Shown: positions 49,048 through 58,859, counted from the first letter of the stretch. The stretch is 64,000 nt of DNA from Candidatus Latescibacterota bacterium (GCA_965242865.1 CBDETK010000013.1:3776001-3840000), one strand, 5' to 3'. Notes: generated by a model not told the origin, from the sequence alone. A program made the numbers and translations.

Positions 49048-51074
49048 TCCAACGCGCCGACATCATCGGCTGCGGGGTGGGCGAGCTAGAGGCAGCCGAG
49101 CTCCTCGCCCAAATCAAAGCCCTCGCCGGCACGCCGGAAGCGCGCTGGCGGGCCGCGGCCCGCGGCATTCTGCGGCCGGATCATCCCTTTGCCCTACACC
49201 AGTTGCTCTATCGAGCCATTTACGGGCGCACGGGCGGCCCGGTGTTTTTCCCCGAGCCAGCCGACATTGAACACGCGCACATAACGGCGCTACGGCGCGA
49301 GTTGGGGCTGGATTCGCACGCCGCGCTCTTTGCGTGGTCGGTTGCCGAGCGGGAGGCGTTTTGGGCCCGGACGGTGGCGCGCTTGGGAATTCGCTTTCGC
49401 AAGCCATACACCCGGCTGCTCGATCTATCCCAAGGCGTCGAAGCCCCCCAGTGGTTTGTCGGGGCCGAGATGAACATCGTCGAGAGCTGCTTTCAGGCGC
49501 CCGCCGATCAGACGGCCATCGTCTTTCAGCGCGAGGGCGGCCGGCTAGAGCGGATGAGTTTCAGTGCCCTAGAAGGCTTGTGCGACCGGGTCGCCGGTGG
49601 GTTGTGTGCGTTGGGGTTTGGCCCGGGTGCTCGGATTGCCGTGGCCATGCCGATGACGGCCGAAGCCGTGGCCATCTATCTGGGGATCATCAAGGCTGGT
49701 TGCGCGGTGGTGGCTATTGCCGACAGCTTTGCCGCGCCCCAGATCGCCGCTCGGCTGCGGCTCGGGGCGGCCCAAGCCGTTTTTACGCAAGACGTGATTT
49801 TGCGCGGGGGGCGTACGTTGCCCCTGTACCCGCGCTTGGTCGCGGCTGACGCTCCGTTGGCGATTGTGTTGCCGGGGCGCGTGGAGGGGTTGACGGAGCC
49901 GTTGCGCCCGGGGGATCGGCACTGGGACGAATTCCTGCCAGCCGACGCTCCGTTCGCGGCCGTGGCCAGCGATCCCGACGCGACGACCAATGTCCTGTTT
50001 TCATCCGGGACGACCGGCGATCCCAAGGCGCTGCCCTGGACCCATGTCAATCCGATCAAGTGCGGTGCCGACGCGCATTATCACCAAGATGTCCACCCGG
50101 GCGATGTGGTCGCTTGGCCGACCAATTTGGGCTGGATGATGGGGCCGTGGCTGATCTACGCGGCCTTTTTGAACCGGGCGACGATGGCCCTTTACTATGG
50201 AATGCCAACCGAGCCGGGCTTTGGGGCGTTTGTGCAGGCGGCTCGCATTACCATGCTCGGCGTCATTCCGAGCATGGTGCGAACTTGGCGCAGCACGGGC
50301 TGCATGGAGGGCGTTGATTTTTCGGCGATTCGAGCGTTTAGTGCGACCGGGGAGTGCTCCAACCCCGAGGACATGCACTATCTGATGGCACTGGCGGGGT
50401 ATCGGCCCATACTCGAATACTGCGGCGGCACCGAGTTGGCGGGCGGCTACTTGCTCAGTACGCTCGTCGAGCCGGTCGCACCCGCGACCTTTAATTCGGC
50501 GACGCTGGGGACGGACTTGGCGATTTTGGACGAGGACGGGCAGGAGTGTGCCAGCGGCGAGGGCTTTTTGGTCCCGCCGGCCATTGGCATGTCAACTCGG
50601 GTGCTCAACCGCGATCACCGCGCCGTGTACTACGCAGGCGTGCCCAAGCGGGATGGGGTGCCGCTGCGCCGCCACGGCGACCAAGTCGAGCGGCTGGCCC
50701 CGGGCGTGTACCGGGTCCATGGCCGCGCCGACGACGCCATGAACCTAGGCGGCATCAAGGTGAGTTCGGCCGAGATCGAGCGCGTCTTGAATGCGATGCC
50801 CGGGGTGGTGGAGACCGCCGCGATTGCCGCGCCGCCGCCGGGGGGCGGCCCGAGCTGGCTGGTGATCTTCGCGGTGCTAGAGGCTTCCAACGGGGACTGG
50901 CAAGACGCGATGCAGCAGGCGATCCGCCGAGAACTCAATCCGCTCTTCAAAATTCACGAGGTAGTACCAGTCGAATCGCTGCCGCGGACCGCGTCGAACA
51001 AGGTGATGCGGCGGGTCTTGCGGGAGCGGTATAAAAAAAAACCGCGCAACCATCACCCAAGCTCGCAGAACTGA
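49044..51074 (+). CDS. AMP-dependent acyl-CoA synthetase (acetyl-CoA synthetase-like)
   Basis: GTG at 49044 overlaps the upstream stop; [46 protein letters not shown]. Confidence 0.9.
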   Translation: MIQRADIIGCGVGELEAAELLAQIKALAGTPEARWRAAARGILRPDHPFALHQLLYRAIYGRTGGPVFFPEPADIEHAHITALRRELGLDSHAALFAWSVAEREAFWARTVARLGIRFRKPYTRLLDLSQGVEAPQWFVGAEMNIVESCFQAPADQTAIVFQREGGRLERMSFSALEGLCDRVAGGLCALGFGPGARIAVAMPMTAEAVAIYLGIIKAGCAVVAIADSFAAPQIAARLRLGAAQAVFTQDVILRGGRTLPLYPRLVAADAPLAIVLPGRVEGLTEPLRPGDRHWDEFLPADAPFAAVASDPDATTNVLFSSGTTGDPKALPWTHVNPIKCGADAHYHQDVHPGDVVAWPTNLGWMMGPWLIYAAFLNRATMALYYGMPTEPGFGAFVQAARITMLGVIPSMVRTWRSTGCMEGVDFSAIRAFSATGECSNPEDMHYLMALAGYRPILEYCGGTELAGGYLLSTLVEPVAPATFNSATLGTDLAILDEDGQECASGEGFLVPPAIGMSTRVLNRDHRAVYYAGVPKRDGVPLRRHGDQVERLAPGVYRVHGRADDAMNLGGIKVSSAEIERVLNAMPGVVETAAIAAPPPGGGPSWLVIFAVLEASNGDWQDAMQQAIRRELNPLFKIHEVVPVESLPRTASNKVMRRVLRERYKKKPRNHHPSSQN

Positions 51075-51107
51075 GTACACGACACCAGCGGCAGCCTTCC
51101 TAAGGAG

Positions 51108-51132
51108 TCGAGGGCGGGACGCCCTCGATCCC
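51108..51132. repeat. REP-like palindrome TCGAGGGCG-GGA-CGCCCTCGA-TCCC
   Basis: Perfect 9-bp GC stem; on the minus strand it is preceded by a GGGA foot. Confidence 0.55.
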
Positions 51133-51183
51133 GGACGCCAACGTAAGGGTCGCGTACCAAGGCGAAAGCGAAAGGAATATCCG

Positions 51184-52635
51184 ATGCGACATAGCTATCT
51201 AGCACTAGCGGCCTTGCTCCTGCTAGGGGCAATCCATCCGGCGGCTGCCAACCGCTACGACGATCCGGGCTTTCTCACCAGTCACCTCGTCTCCGGCGGG
51301 GTGGCCAAAGACGGCATTCCGGCCCTCACCAATCCCACCTTCGTCGCACCGGCCGAAGTGGGCTACTTAGCGGAAGACGACGTGGTCATGGGGCTGGTTC
51401 TCAACGGCCAGCCGCGGGCGTACCCGCACAACATTGGCTGGTGGAACGAGATCATCAACGACCGCGTCGGCGATCAGTCGGTCGTCGTATCGCTGTGCCC
51501 GCTTACGGGGACCGGCCAAGTCTTCAACGCCACGGATGACGATGGATCGCAAATCGAGTTCGGGGTCTCTGGGCTGCTGATCAACAGCAACTTGGTCATG
51601 TACGATCGGCGCGACGGCGAAACGCTCTATCCCCAGATGATCTACACGGCCATCAACGGCCCCCAAGTGGGCGACCGCCTAGAACTGCTGCCGGTGGTGG
51701 AGACGACTTGGGCACTGTGGAAGCGGATGTACCCAAGCACCACTGTGGTCAAAGCGGCCACGGGCTGGGCGCGCTACAACTCGCGGCCGGCGTACAACGA
51801 GCACCAATACACCCGCTATCCTTACCGCGACTACCGCACCAACCACGAGAACCTGATTTTCCTGCCGACGACCAATCGCGGCGCATTCGACTCGCGCTTT
51901 GAGACCAAGGACCTCGTGTTGGGCTTGTGCCGCAACGACCAGACGAAAGCCTTTCCCTTTGCCCGGCTGCCCGACGGAGCCGTGATCAACGATCTCGTCG
52001 GCGGCGATCCCCTAGTCGTCCTATTCGACGCGGAGTCGCGCACGGCCTTGGCCTATTTCAGCCAGCTCGACGACGCGCCATTGAGCTTTTACCGGGTGGC
52101 GTCTGAGGGGCCGCTGCCGGTCGAATTCATGGATGCGGAGACGGGTTCGCGCTGGAACATGCTCGGCCAAGCCGTTGCCGGGCCGCTGGCGGGGCGGCGG
52201 TTGGCGCAAGTCCCGGCGTACAACGCCATGTGGTTTGCTTGGACTGCCTATTGGCCCGATACGGAGGTCTGGCAGCCGGGCGAGGGAATTCTCAACCCCG
52301 CGGACATTGAGCAAGCCGCAACGGCCATTGAAGCCTGGGACGCCGCTCCGACGAGCTTTGCCCTGCGGCAAAACTTTCCCAACCCGTTCAACGCTCAGAC
52401 CCTGATTCAGTACGAGTTGCCAGCGGCCGGGCCGGTGCAGCTCGGCGTGTTTAATGCGGCCGGGCAGCGGGTTCGCTCGCTGGTAGCAGAGCACCAAGGG
52501 GCCGGGCTGTACTTGCAGCCTTGGGACGGCCGCGATGATGCGGGGGCCGCCGTAGCAAGCGGGACGTATTTGTGCCGGTTGGAGCTGTCCGCGGCGAGGT
52601 TTAGCCAGACGCGGACGATGACGTTGGTGCGTTGA
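51184..52635 (+). CDS. DUF3179 protein with C-terminal FlgD-Ig/NFPNPFN module
   Basis: Signal peptide; KDGIPAL..P, RAYP, EIIND, CPLTG, FGVSGLL..SNLVMYDR, ETGSRW, WFAW. Confidence 0.88.
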   Translation: MRHSYLALAALLLLGAIHPAAANRYDDPGFLTSHLVSGGVAKDGIPALTNPTFVAPAEVGYLAEDDVVMGLVLNGQPRAYPHNIGWWNEIINDRVGDQSVVVSLCPLTGTGQVFNATDDDGSQIEFGVSGLLINSNLVMYDRRDGETLYPQMIYTAINGPQVGDRLELLPVVETTWALWKRMYPSTTVVKAATGWARYNSRPAYNEHQYTRYPYRDYRTNHENLIFLPTTNRGAFDSRFETKDLVLGLCRNDQTKAFPFARLPDGAVINDLVGGDPLVVLFDAESRTALAYFSQLDDAPLSFYRVASEGPLPVEFMDAETGSRWNMLGQAVAGPLAGRRLAQVPAYNAMWFAWTAYWPDTEVWQPGEGILNPADIEQAATAIEAWDAAPTSFALRQNFPNPFNAQTLIQYELPAAGPVQLGVFNAAGQRVRSLVAEHQGAGLYLQPWDGRDDAGAAVASGTYLCRLELSAARFSQTRTMTLVR

Positions 52636-52681
52636 TCGGATATATTCTCTCCAACCTATCCCCCTCAGACGAAAGGCACTG

Positions 52682-53188
52682 ATGGCCGAATTCGATAGGC
52701 GGTTGAGCGCGTTGGATGGGGTGGCGTATTTGTCGTCGGGCAATGTGGGGGCACTGCCGTTTACGCCGCTGATGGGTCGTCCGTCGGGGGTGGGGGTGGA
52801 AGCGTGGTTGGGTCGGTGTGTGGCGGCGACCGAGGGGTTGGAGGTGTCGCGTGAAGTTAAGCACAGTGTGTTGGCGCACATGGGGGTGCTGAGTTCGTTG
52901 GTGTGCGAGGAGTCAACCATTTTTTCTTTCATCTCGGAGGATATTATGACAGAGTTTCCGTTACTGGAGTCGTTGGGCAAGCGCAAGTTGGAGCAGGGGA
53001 TTCGGCAAAGTATCCAAGAAGCCTTGACGATTCGGTTTTCAGAGGGTGCGGCGCAGGCAGTGGCCGACCGCTTGGCGGCGATTGAGCAGGAGGATCAACT
53101 GCGAGTTTTACTGCGCGCCGCCATACAGGTGGACCAACTGGCCGAGTTCACGCGCTTGTTGGATGAGGTGACCGACGGATGTTCCTGA
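52682..53188 (+). pseudogene. Internally deleted Rpn/transposase_31-like gene
   Basis: RBS and MAEFD start join directly to a C-terminal-like region (LPFTPLM...EQGIRQ..L.IRF..L..LLRAA); no PD-(D/E)xK part is visible. Confidence 0.5.
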
Positions 53189-53197
53189 GTAGCCACC

Positions 53198-53262
53198 TAG
53201 CCAGCCTAATTGCCATTGGGAGCCTGTTGTTCAGCATCTTGGGCAAGCTACCCTAACCAACC
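53198..53262 (+). repeat. 65-bp direct repeat, copy 1 (3' end of the 55035-55265 gene)
   Basis: 64/65 identical to 55207-55271. Confidence 0.95.
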
Positions 53263-53281
53263 CGCCATAATTGGAGATTCT

Positions 53282-54882
53282 ATGAGCGAAGCCCCCCAGC
53301 CTCTCAACGCCCTGCCGCAAGGCTGCAAGAATACGAACTGGTACGCGTGTTGGGTTTTGGCGGCTTTGGCATGACTTATCTAGGCTTTGACCACAACTTG
53401 GACAAGCCCGTCGCCATCAAGGAATACCTGCCGTCGGACATTGCTGTCCGCACCGCCGACCGCAGCGTCGCTCCGCAAGCCAGCGAGTTTCGCGGCGATT
53501 TCCAATGGGGGTTGGAGCGGTTTGTGGACGAAGCCCGCACGTTAGCTCGCTTTGACCATCGTCACATCATCAAGGTGCATCGTTTCTTCGAGGCGCATGG
53601 TACGGCGTATATCGTGATGGAATATGCCGAGGGCGAGACCTTGTCGGCGCATCTTGAGCGCAAGGGGCCGCTGCAAGAAGCCGAACTCAAAGCGATCCTG
53701 TATCCGCTGCTAAATGGTTTGGAGGTGGTGCATGGAGCGGATTTTCTGCACCGGGACATCAAGCCGGGCAACATCGTCTTGCGCGATGTGGATGGTTCGC
53801 CGGTGTTGCTGGATTTCGGCGCGGCGCGGCAGGCAGTTGGGGCGAAGAGCCGGTCGGTAACGTCCATTGTGACGCCGGGGTATGCGCCGATTGAGCAGTA
53901 TTCGAGCCGGGGGCGTCAGGGGCCATGGACGGATATATATGCGTTGGGGGGCGTGTGTTATCGAGCGTTGACGGGGGATGTGCCGGAGGACGCCACCGAT
54001 AGGATACGGCATGATCCGCTCGTTCCGGTGGCGCAGCGGTGTGCGGGTCGGGCGAGTGCGGCGTTTTTGTCGGTAATTGATTGGGCGTTGTCGGTGGATG
54101 AGGGGGCTCGTCCGCAGCGCGTGGGGGCGTGGCGGGAGGCGATGGGGGCGGCAGCAGAGAAGGAGGTGGAGGAGGCGCCAAGCGTGGGGCGGGTAGAACA
54201 GGACGCGCCGCCGCTGGAGCGGCCGCACGATCCTGACCCCGTGTTCAACGACGATGAGCTACAGCATCAGGAACAGGCATTTTTCGCCGAGGTGGGGCGC
54301 AAGCCACATCCGAAAGGGAAGTTGGGGCATGAGACCGACCTACACATTGTAGCGAGACTGAACCTGCCCGTGCTGACTCGATCCCTGCTGAACAACGGCG
54401 CGGAGGTAAACACTCAAGACAACCGTGGCTGGACGCCGCTGCACTGGGCGGCGTATAAGGATGCCGCTACGACGGCGAAGGTGCTGCTGAACAATGGCGC
54501 GGAGGTAAACGCCAAAACCAACGGGGGCCAGACGCCGCTGCGTGTAGCGACGGCAGAGGATGCTGTTGCGACAGTGAAAGTGTTACGCCGCTACGGTGGC
54601 CTCGTCAACAAGCGGAATGACGAGGCAATGGAGGGACGGCAGATGCCGGTCGTTGCGCCGAGCGATAGGGCCGCGAGGAAGAAGACGAGCGATGCTGCAC
54701 CATCTAGCCCGGCAGAAGAGAAGGACTGGAAGGAAGAACTGGCGGCCGCTTTGGAAAAGCAACGCCAAGAGGAAAAGCGTCGCCAAGCTAAGGAGAAAAC
54801 GTTTGCGTCTGAAAGTTTGGGTGGTTGTGGTTGTTTTGTATTTATAGTGGTGGTGCTTTTTTTCTCTCTTGGAAGCTGTTGA
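53282..54882 (+). pseudogene. Hanks-type Ser/Thr kinase + ankyrin repeats + C-terminal TM, frameshifted near the 5' end
   Basis: GGAG + ATG 53282 (MSEAPQPLNALPQG) is out of frame with LQEYELVRVLGFGGFG; VAIKE, HRDIKPGN, DFG, YAPIE, DIYALG; ankyrin TPLH repeats. Confidence 0.8.
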
Positions 54883-54995
54883 CGCCCTGCCTTGCCTGCC
54901 TACTATCTTGACAAGATCGCGCAGCCCCGAGCGTTTCGTACAGACCGCTTGGCCGACGCCGTAAACGCGATAGTTCCTAAGTAGCTACCCCCACC

Positions 54996-55017
54996 GGCCG
55001 GACACAAGGTCCCGGCC
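54996..55017. repeat. REP-like hairpin GGCCGGAC-ACAAG-GTCCCGGCC
   Basis: Imperfect GC stem just upstream of the AAGGAG RBS. Confidence 0.4.
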
Positions 55018-55034
55018 ACCGCAAGGAGCAAACC

Positions 55035-55265
55035 ATGACCGATCAACCCCAACCCCTAACGCAAACCCAAGACCACGACCGCCGGATTGGCCGGTTAGAA
55101 GGCATTGTCGAGCAGTTAGACCGCCGACTGGACGCCATTGAACGGGCGATTGCCGAATTGCGTGGCGAAGTGCGTGCGTCGATCCGCTGGCTCATCGGCA
55201 TCCAGATAGCCAGCCTAATTGCCATTGGGAGCCTGTTGTTCAGCATCTTGGGCAAACTACCCTAA
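55035..55265 (+). CDS. Small tail-anchored coiled-coil protein (DUF1640/CCDC90-like)
   Basis: AAGGAG RBS; RIGRLEG...heptads...RW + hydrophobic TM. Confidence 0.8.
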   Translation: MTDQPQPLTQTQDHDRRIGRLEGIVEQLDRRLDAIERAIAELRGEVRASIRWLIGIQIASLIAIGSLLFSILGKLP

Positions 55266-55271
55266 CCAACC
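55207..55271 (+). repeat. 65-bp direct repeat, copy 2
   Basis: 64/65 identical to 53198-53262; spacing 2009 bp. Confidence 0.95.
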
Positions 55272-55330
55272 TGCCCCAGCTAGCCCTTGTGCTGGCCGGG
55301 GCCGAGCCAACTGCCCGTGCAGCCTCAATC

Positions 55331-55474
55331 CCCCCAACCTCTCAACACCTCGCCCCAAGGCCCTCGGCGACAAAAGCGCATGTTGGGCTTTAGCGGCTTT
55401 GGCACGACCTATCAGGGCTTTGACTACAACTTGGATTTGTCGCCTACGTGGAGCGCAAGCCACATCCGCGAGGG
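55331..55474 (+). pseudogene. Degenerate, internally deleted second copy of the kinase-ankyrin gene
   Basis: 55331-55435 resembles 53292-53402 (MLGFSGFGTTYQGFDYNLD vs VLGFGGFGMTYLGFDHNLD); 55436-55474 resembles 54280-54318. Confidence 0.8.
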
Positions 55475-55489
55475 AGGAACAGAGAACAG

Positions 55490-57847
55490 ATGATCAATTT
55501 TCTCAGTCGCTATCTACATTGGATGCACCTGCGGTGGCCCGCCGGCGTGGTCGAGAAGTTGCCGCGGGTAGATGAGCACGGGCAAAGCAACGTCCCCGGG
55601 CTGTACATAGTCGGCGACTTAACCGGGATTCCCCTGTTGAAGTTCTCGGCCGACACGGGCGCACGAGCCGTGCAGCACATCGCGGCCGACGAGGCATTCC
55701 AGCGCGATAAGGGCCGCGGGGACATCTTGGACTTGGCGATTGTCGGTGCCGGCGTCTCCGGCATGTCCGCCGCCTTAGAGGCGCGCGAGGCCGGATTGTC
55801 GTTTGTGCTGTTGGAGGCGACCGAGCCGTTTTCCACGCTGGTCAACTTTCCCAAAGCAAAGCCCATTTACACCTACCCCACCGAGATGGAGCCGGCCGGA
55901 CAACTCCGCTTTGCCTCCGAGGTCAAGGAACCCCTAATCGACGAACTGCAAGCGCAGACCCTCGCCCAAGGCATCGAGCCGACTGTGGCGCGGGTCGAGC
56001 AGGTAACAAGGCAGGGCGATCACTTTGAACTGGAAATCCCGCGTCAAGAAAACATCAAGGCTCGCCGAGTCATCGTCGGGATTGGCCGCTCGGGCAACTT
56101 TCGCAAGCTAGGGGTGCCGGGCGAGAATTTGGCCAAGGTCTCCAACCGCTTGCACGACCCGGTTGACTTCTGCGACAAAGACGTGCTGGTCGTGGGCGGC
56201 GGCGACAGCGCGTTAGAGGCGGCCATTGCCATCGCCCAATGCGGAGGGCGCGTGACCGTTTCCTACCGCAAGCCCGAGTTTTCCCGCCCCAAGCCCGAAA
56301 ACGTCGAAAAGCTAAACGCGCTCGCCGCCGACCCCATGGCGGACGTGGCCGTAGATACCCCTTCTTCCGAGCGGGTGACGACCAGCAGCGGCTCCTTTAT
56401 GGAAGAGGGCCGCCGAGCGGGGTCGATCCGCCTGCGGATGGCCAGCCAAGTGCAGCGCATCGAGGAAGACGCGGTCGCGCTCAAAGACGCCGAGGGCGAG
56501 GAATTGAGCCTGCCCAACGACGCGGTGTTTTCCATGATTGGGCGCGAGGCCCCGCTCGACTTTTTCAGACGCAGCCGCGTGGAGATCAACGGCGAGTGGC
56601 GACCGGGCCGCTGGCTGTCTTTGGGGTTGATCCTGCTGGCAGCGGTTTTCATCTACCACTGGAAAACCGACGCCGGCATTCCCATCAAGCACTGGTTCCA
56701 AGAAGCCAAGTTCTTCCCCTTCAACCTAGCGGCGCCGGCGGCCGCCCACACGTTGTGGGACACAGTGCAAGTGTCCATGACCCAGCCGAGTTTCTACTAC
56801 TCGCTGGCTTATTGCCTGTGCGTCATCCTATTCGGGGTGCAGCGCGTAAAGCGGCGACGCACCCCGTACATCAAGGTGCAGACCCTGACCCTGATGGCGA
56901 TTCAGTGCATTCCGCTCTTTCTCCTGCCCTATCTGATTTTGCCTTGGGCCGGGTACCATGGCTGGTTTGACGAGGGGGCTCGGCTCAAGCCGCTGGCCGA
57001 CGCCTTGTTCCCGGAGTCGCAATGGGCCGAACACGGGCGCGAATACTGGCGCTCGCTGGGGCTGATTCTCGCTTGGCCGCTGTTTTTTTGGAACGTCTTT
57101 ACCAGCGAGCCGCTGTGGTGGTGGCTGGCGATCAGTCTAGTGCAAACCTTTGTCGTCATACCGCTGATCATCTACTGCTGGGGCAAAGGGGCGTACTGCG
57201 GCTGGATCTGCTCGTGCGGTGCCTTGGCCGAAACCATGGGCGACAATCACCGGCACAAGATGCCGCACGGCATGGTGTGGAACAAGGTGAACATAGTGGG
57301 GCAAGTCGTGCTGCTGCTGGCGAGCGTCCTGCTCATTTTGCGCCTCGTGGGCTGGGCGTTGCCGCACGATCACTGGATCAACGGGTTCTACATGGGGCTG
57401 TTTCAGGGCAAAGGCACCAACTGGGGCAACCTGCCCTTCCCCCTAACGTTTCTCAACTACGTGTGGTCGGTTGACCTGCTGCTCGCTGGCATCTTAGGCG
57501 TCGGGTTGTACTGGCATTTTAGCGGCCGGATGTGGTGCCGCTTCGCCTGTCCGCTGGCGGCCCTAATGCACATCTACGCGCGCTTCAGCCGCTTCCGCAT
57601 CCTCGCCGACAAGAAAAAGTGCATCTCCTGCAACGTCTGCACCTCGGTATGCCACCAAGGCATCGACATTATGAACTTTGCCAACAAGGGCCTACCCATG
57701 GCCGACCCCCAGTGCGTCCGCTGTAGCGCGTGTGTGCAATCTTGCCCGACGGGCGTGCTGGAATTTGGTCAGGTTGACAAAAGCGGCGCGGTAATAAAAA
57801 CCGACGGGCTGGCGGCGTCGCCGGTGCGGATGCGGGAAGAGAAGTGA
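55490..57847 (+). CDS. TrxB/YpdA-like FAD/NAD(P)H oxidoreductase fused to a NapH/MauN-like membrane 4Fe-4S domain
   Basis: GGAGG + ATG 55490; NVPGLYIVGD, IVGAGVSG, VGGGDSA; TMs; CGWICSCG, WCRFACP, CISCNVCTSVC, CVRCSACVQSCP. Confidence 0.85.
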   Translation: MINFLSRYLHWMHLRWPAGVVEKLPRVDEHGQSNVPGLYIVGDLTGIPLLKFSADTGARAVQHIAADEAFQRDKGRGDILDLAIVGAGVSGMSAALEAREAGLSFVLLEATEPFSTLVNFPKAKPIYTYPTEMEPAGQLRFASEVKEPLIDELQAQTLAQGIEPTVARVEQVTRQGDHFELEIPRQENIKARRVIVGIGRSGNFRKLGVPGENLAKVSNRLHDPVDFCDKDVLVVGGGDSALEAAIAIAQCGGRVTVSYRKPEFSRPKPENVEKLNALAADPMADVAVDTPSSERVTTSSGSFMEEGRRAGSIRLRMASQVQRIEEDAVALKDAEGEELSLPNDAVFSMIGREAPLDFFRRSRVEINGEWRPGRWLSLGLILLAAVFIYHWKTDAGIPIKHWFQEAKFFPFNLAAPAAAHTLWDTVQVSMTQPSFYYSLAYCLCVILFGVQRVKRRRTPYIKVQTLTLMAIQCIPLFLLPYLILPWAGYHGWFDEGARLKPLADALFPESQWAEHGREYWRSLGLILAWPLFFWNVFTSEPLWWWLAISLVQTFVVIPLIIYCWGKGAYCGWICSCGALAETMGDNHRHKMPHGMVWNKVNIVGQVVLLLASVLLILRLVGWALPHDHWINGFYMGLFQGKGTNWGNLPFPLTFLNYVWSVDLLLAGILGVGLYWHFSGRMWCRFACPLAALMHIYARFSRFRILADKKKCISCNVCTSVCHQGIDIMNFANKGLPMADPQCVRCSACVQSCPTGVLEFGQVDKSGAVIKTDGLAASPVRMREEK

Positions 57848-57889
57848 GGGAAGCCTGAGAAACCCGATAACCTAGAAGCTACCAAGGAG

Positions 57890-58138
57890 ATGATCGTGAG
57901 AGACATTACCCTACAGGCGGACGAAACCTTGATCGCATCGGCCCACCGTTGCGCGGTGGCGAACCACACGACCTTAAACGAGCAGTTTCAGTTGTGGCTG
58001 CAAGACTACGTTCAGCGCAACGAAGACTGCATCCAGCGCGAAAATCAAGCCGCCGAAGCCGTGAAAGTCATGCGTGAATTGCAAGGCAAACTTTTCGTCG
58101 GACGCAAATTGACACGGGAGGAAATGAATGAGCGTTGA
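57890..58138 (+). CDS. Antitoxin (RHH/CopG-like)
   Basis: DITL.ADE.LI..A...A....TTLNEQF..WL...LTREEMNER; overlaps the PIN gene; GTG at 57896 is an alternative start. Confidence 0.75.
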   Translation: MIVRDITLQADETLIASAHRCAVANHTTLNEQFQLWLQDYVQRNEDCIQRENQAAEAVKVMRELQGKLFVGRKLTREEMNER

Positions 58139-58550
58139 AAGTTTCATAGACACCAATATCTTTATTTATCAACTCGAACGCTTGGATATCCGCAAGGCCA
58201 CAATCGCGGAAGAACTCATCAGACAAGGCATCACCAATAAAACCGCATGCATCAGTTTTCAGATCGTTCAGGAATGTTTGAATACCGCACTTCGCAAGGC
58301 ACAGATACAGTTGAGCGAGAGAGAAATGCGAGGTTATTTGCAATCTGTGCTCGGCCCGCTGCTCAGTGTCCAGCCGAGTATTCAACTCTACAATTCAGCC
58401 TTGGATATTCGGTTGCGGTATCAGTTCAGTTTCTACGATTCGCTGATCGTTGCCGCCGCGCTCGAAGCGGGCTGCACCTGTCTTTACAGTGAAGACATGC
58501 AGGATGGCCAGCAGATACAGGGCTTGACCATTCAAAACCCATTCGCGTAA
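58128..58550 (+). CDS. vapC: PIN-domain (VapC) toxin
   Basis: FIDTNIFIY, S.QIVQE, FSFYDSLIVAAA, LYSED, IQNPF. Confidence 0.92.
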   Translation: MSVESFIDTNIFIYQLERLDIRKATIAEELIRQGITNKTACISFQIVQECLNTALRKAQIQLSEREMRGYLQSVLGPLLSVQPSIQLYNSALDIRLRYQFSFYDSLIVAAALEAGCTCLYSEDMQDGQQIQGLTIQNPFA

Positions 58551-58558
58551 CCATTGCA
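58516..58558 (+). repeat. 43-bp direct repeat, copy 1 (3' end of vapC)
   Basis: TACAGGGCTTGACCATTCAAAACCCATTCGCGTAACCATTGCA, identical to 58881-58923. Confidence 0.97.
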
Positions 58559-58577
58559 AAAAGAATCGCGCTGGAGG

Positions 58578-58859
58578 ATGATCGTGAAAGACATGAACCG
58601 GAATATCGAATCTCGCGTGACAGATCAAGGACAGACGATACTCCCCAAACCTGTGCTAGAGGCACTTGGCCTGAAGGCAGGAGGTCGTGTGCGCTACTTC
58701 ATTGCCGATGGCGAAGTGCGAATTGTATCCGTGCTTCCAGTCTGTCGGCTGTTTGGCGCACTTCCGTATGACGGCCCCCCTATCAGTGTGGAGAAGATGG
58801 AACAGGCTATCTCCGAAGGAGTTTCTGAAATAGGAAAGCGTCACAGCTTGAGGGTTTGA
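58578..58859 (+). CDS. Orphan AbrB/MazE/SpoVT-family antitoxin
   Basis: SRVTDQGQTILPKPVLEALGLKAGGRVRY swapped-hairpin motif; no toxin follows; alternative starts GTG 58584 and ATG 58593. Confidence 0.85.
   Translation: MIVKDMNRNIESRVTDQGQTILPKPVLEALGLKAGGRVRYFIADGEVRIVSVLPVCRLFGALPYDGPPISVEKMEQAISEGVSEIGKRHSLRV

Noticed and set aside
51184-52635. Selenoprotein form of DUF3179
   Set aside because: The motif is Cys (CPLT) and there is no in-frame TGA.
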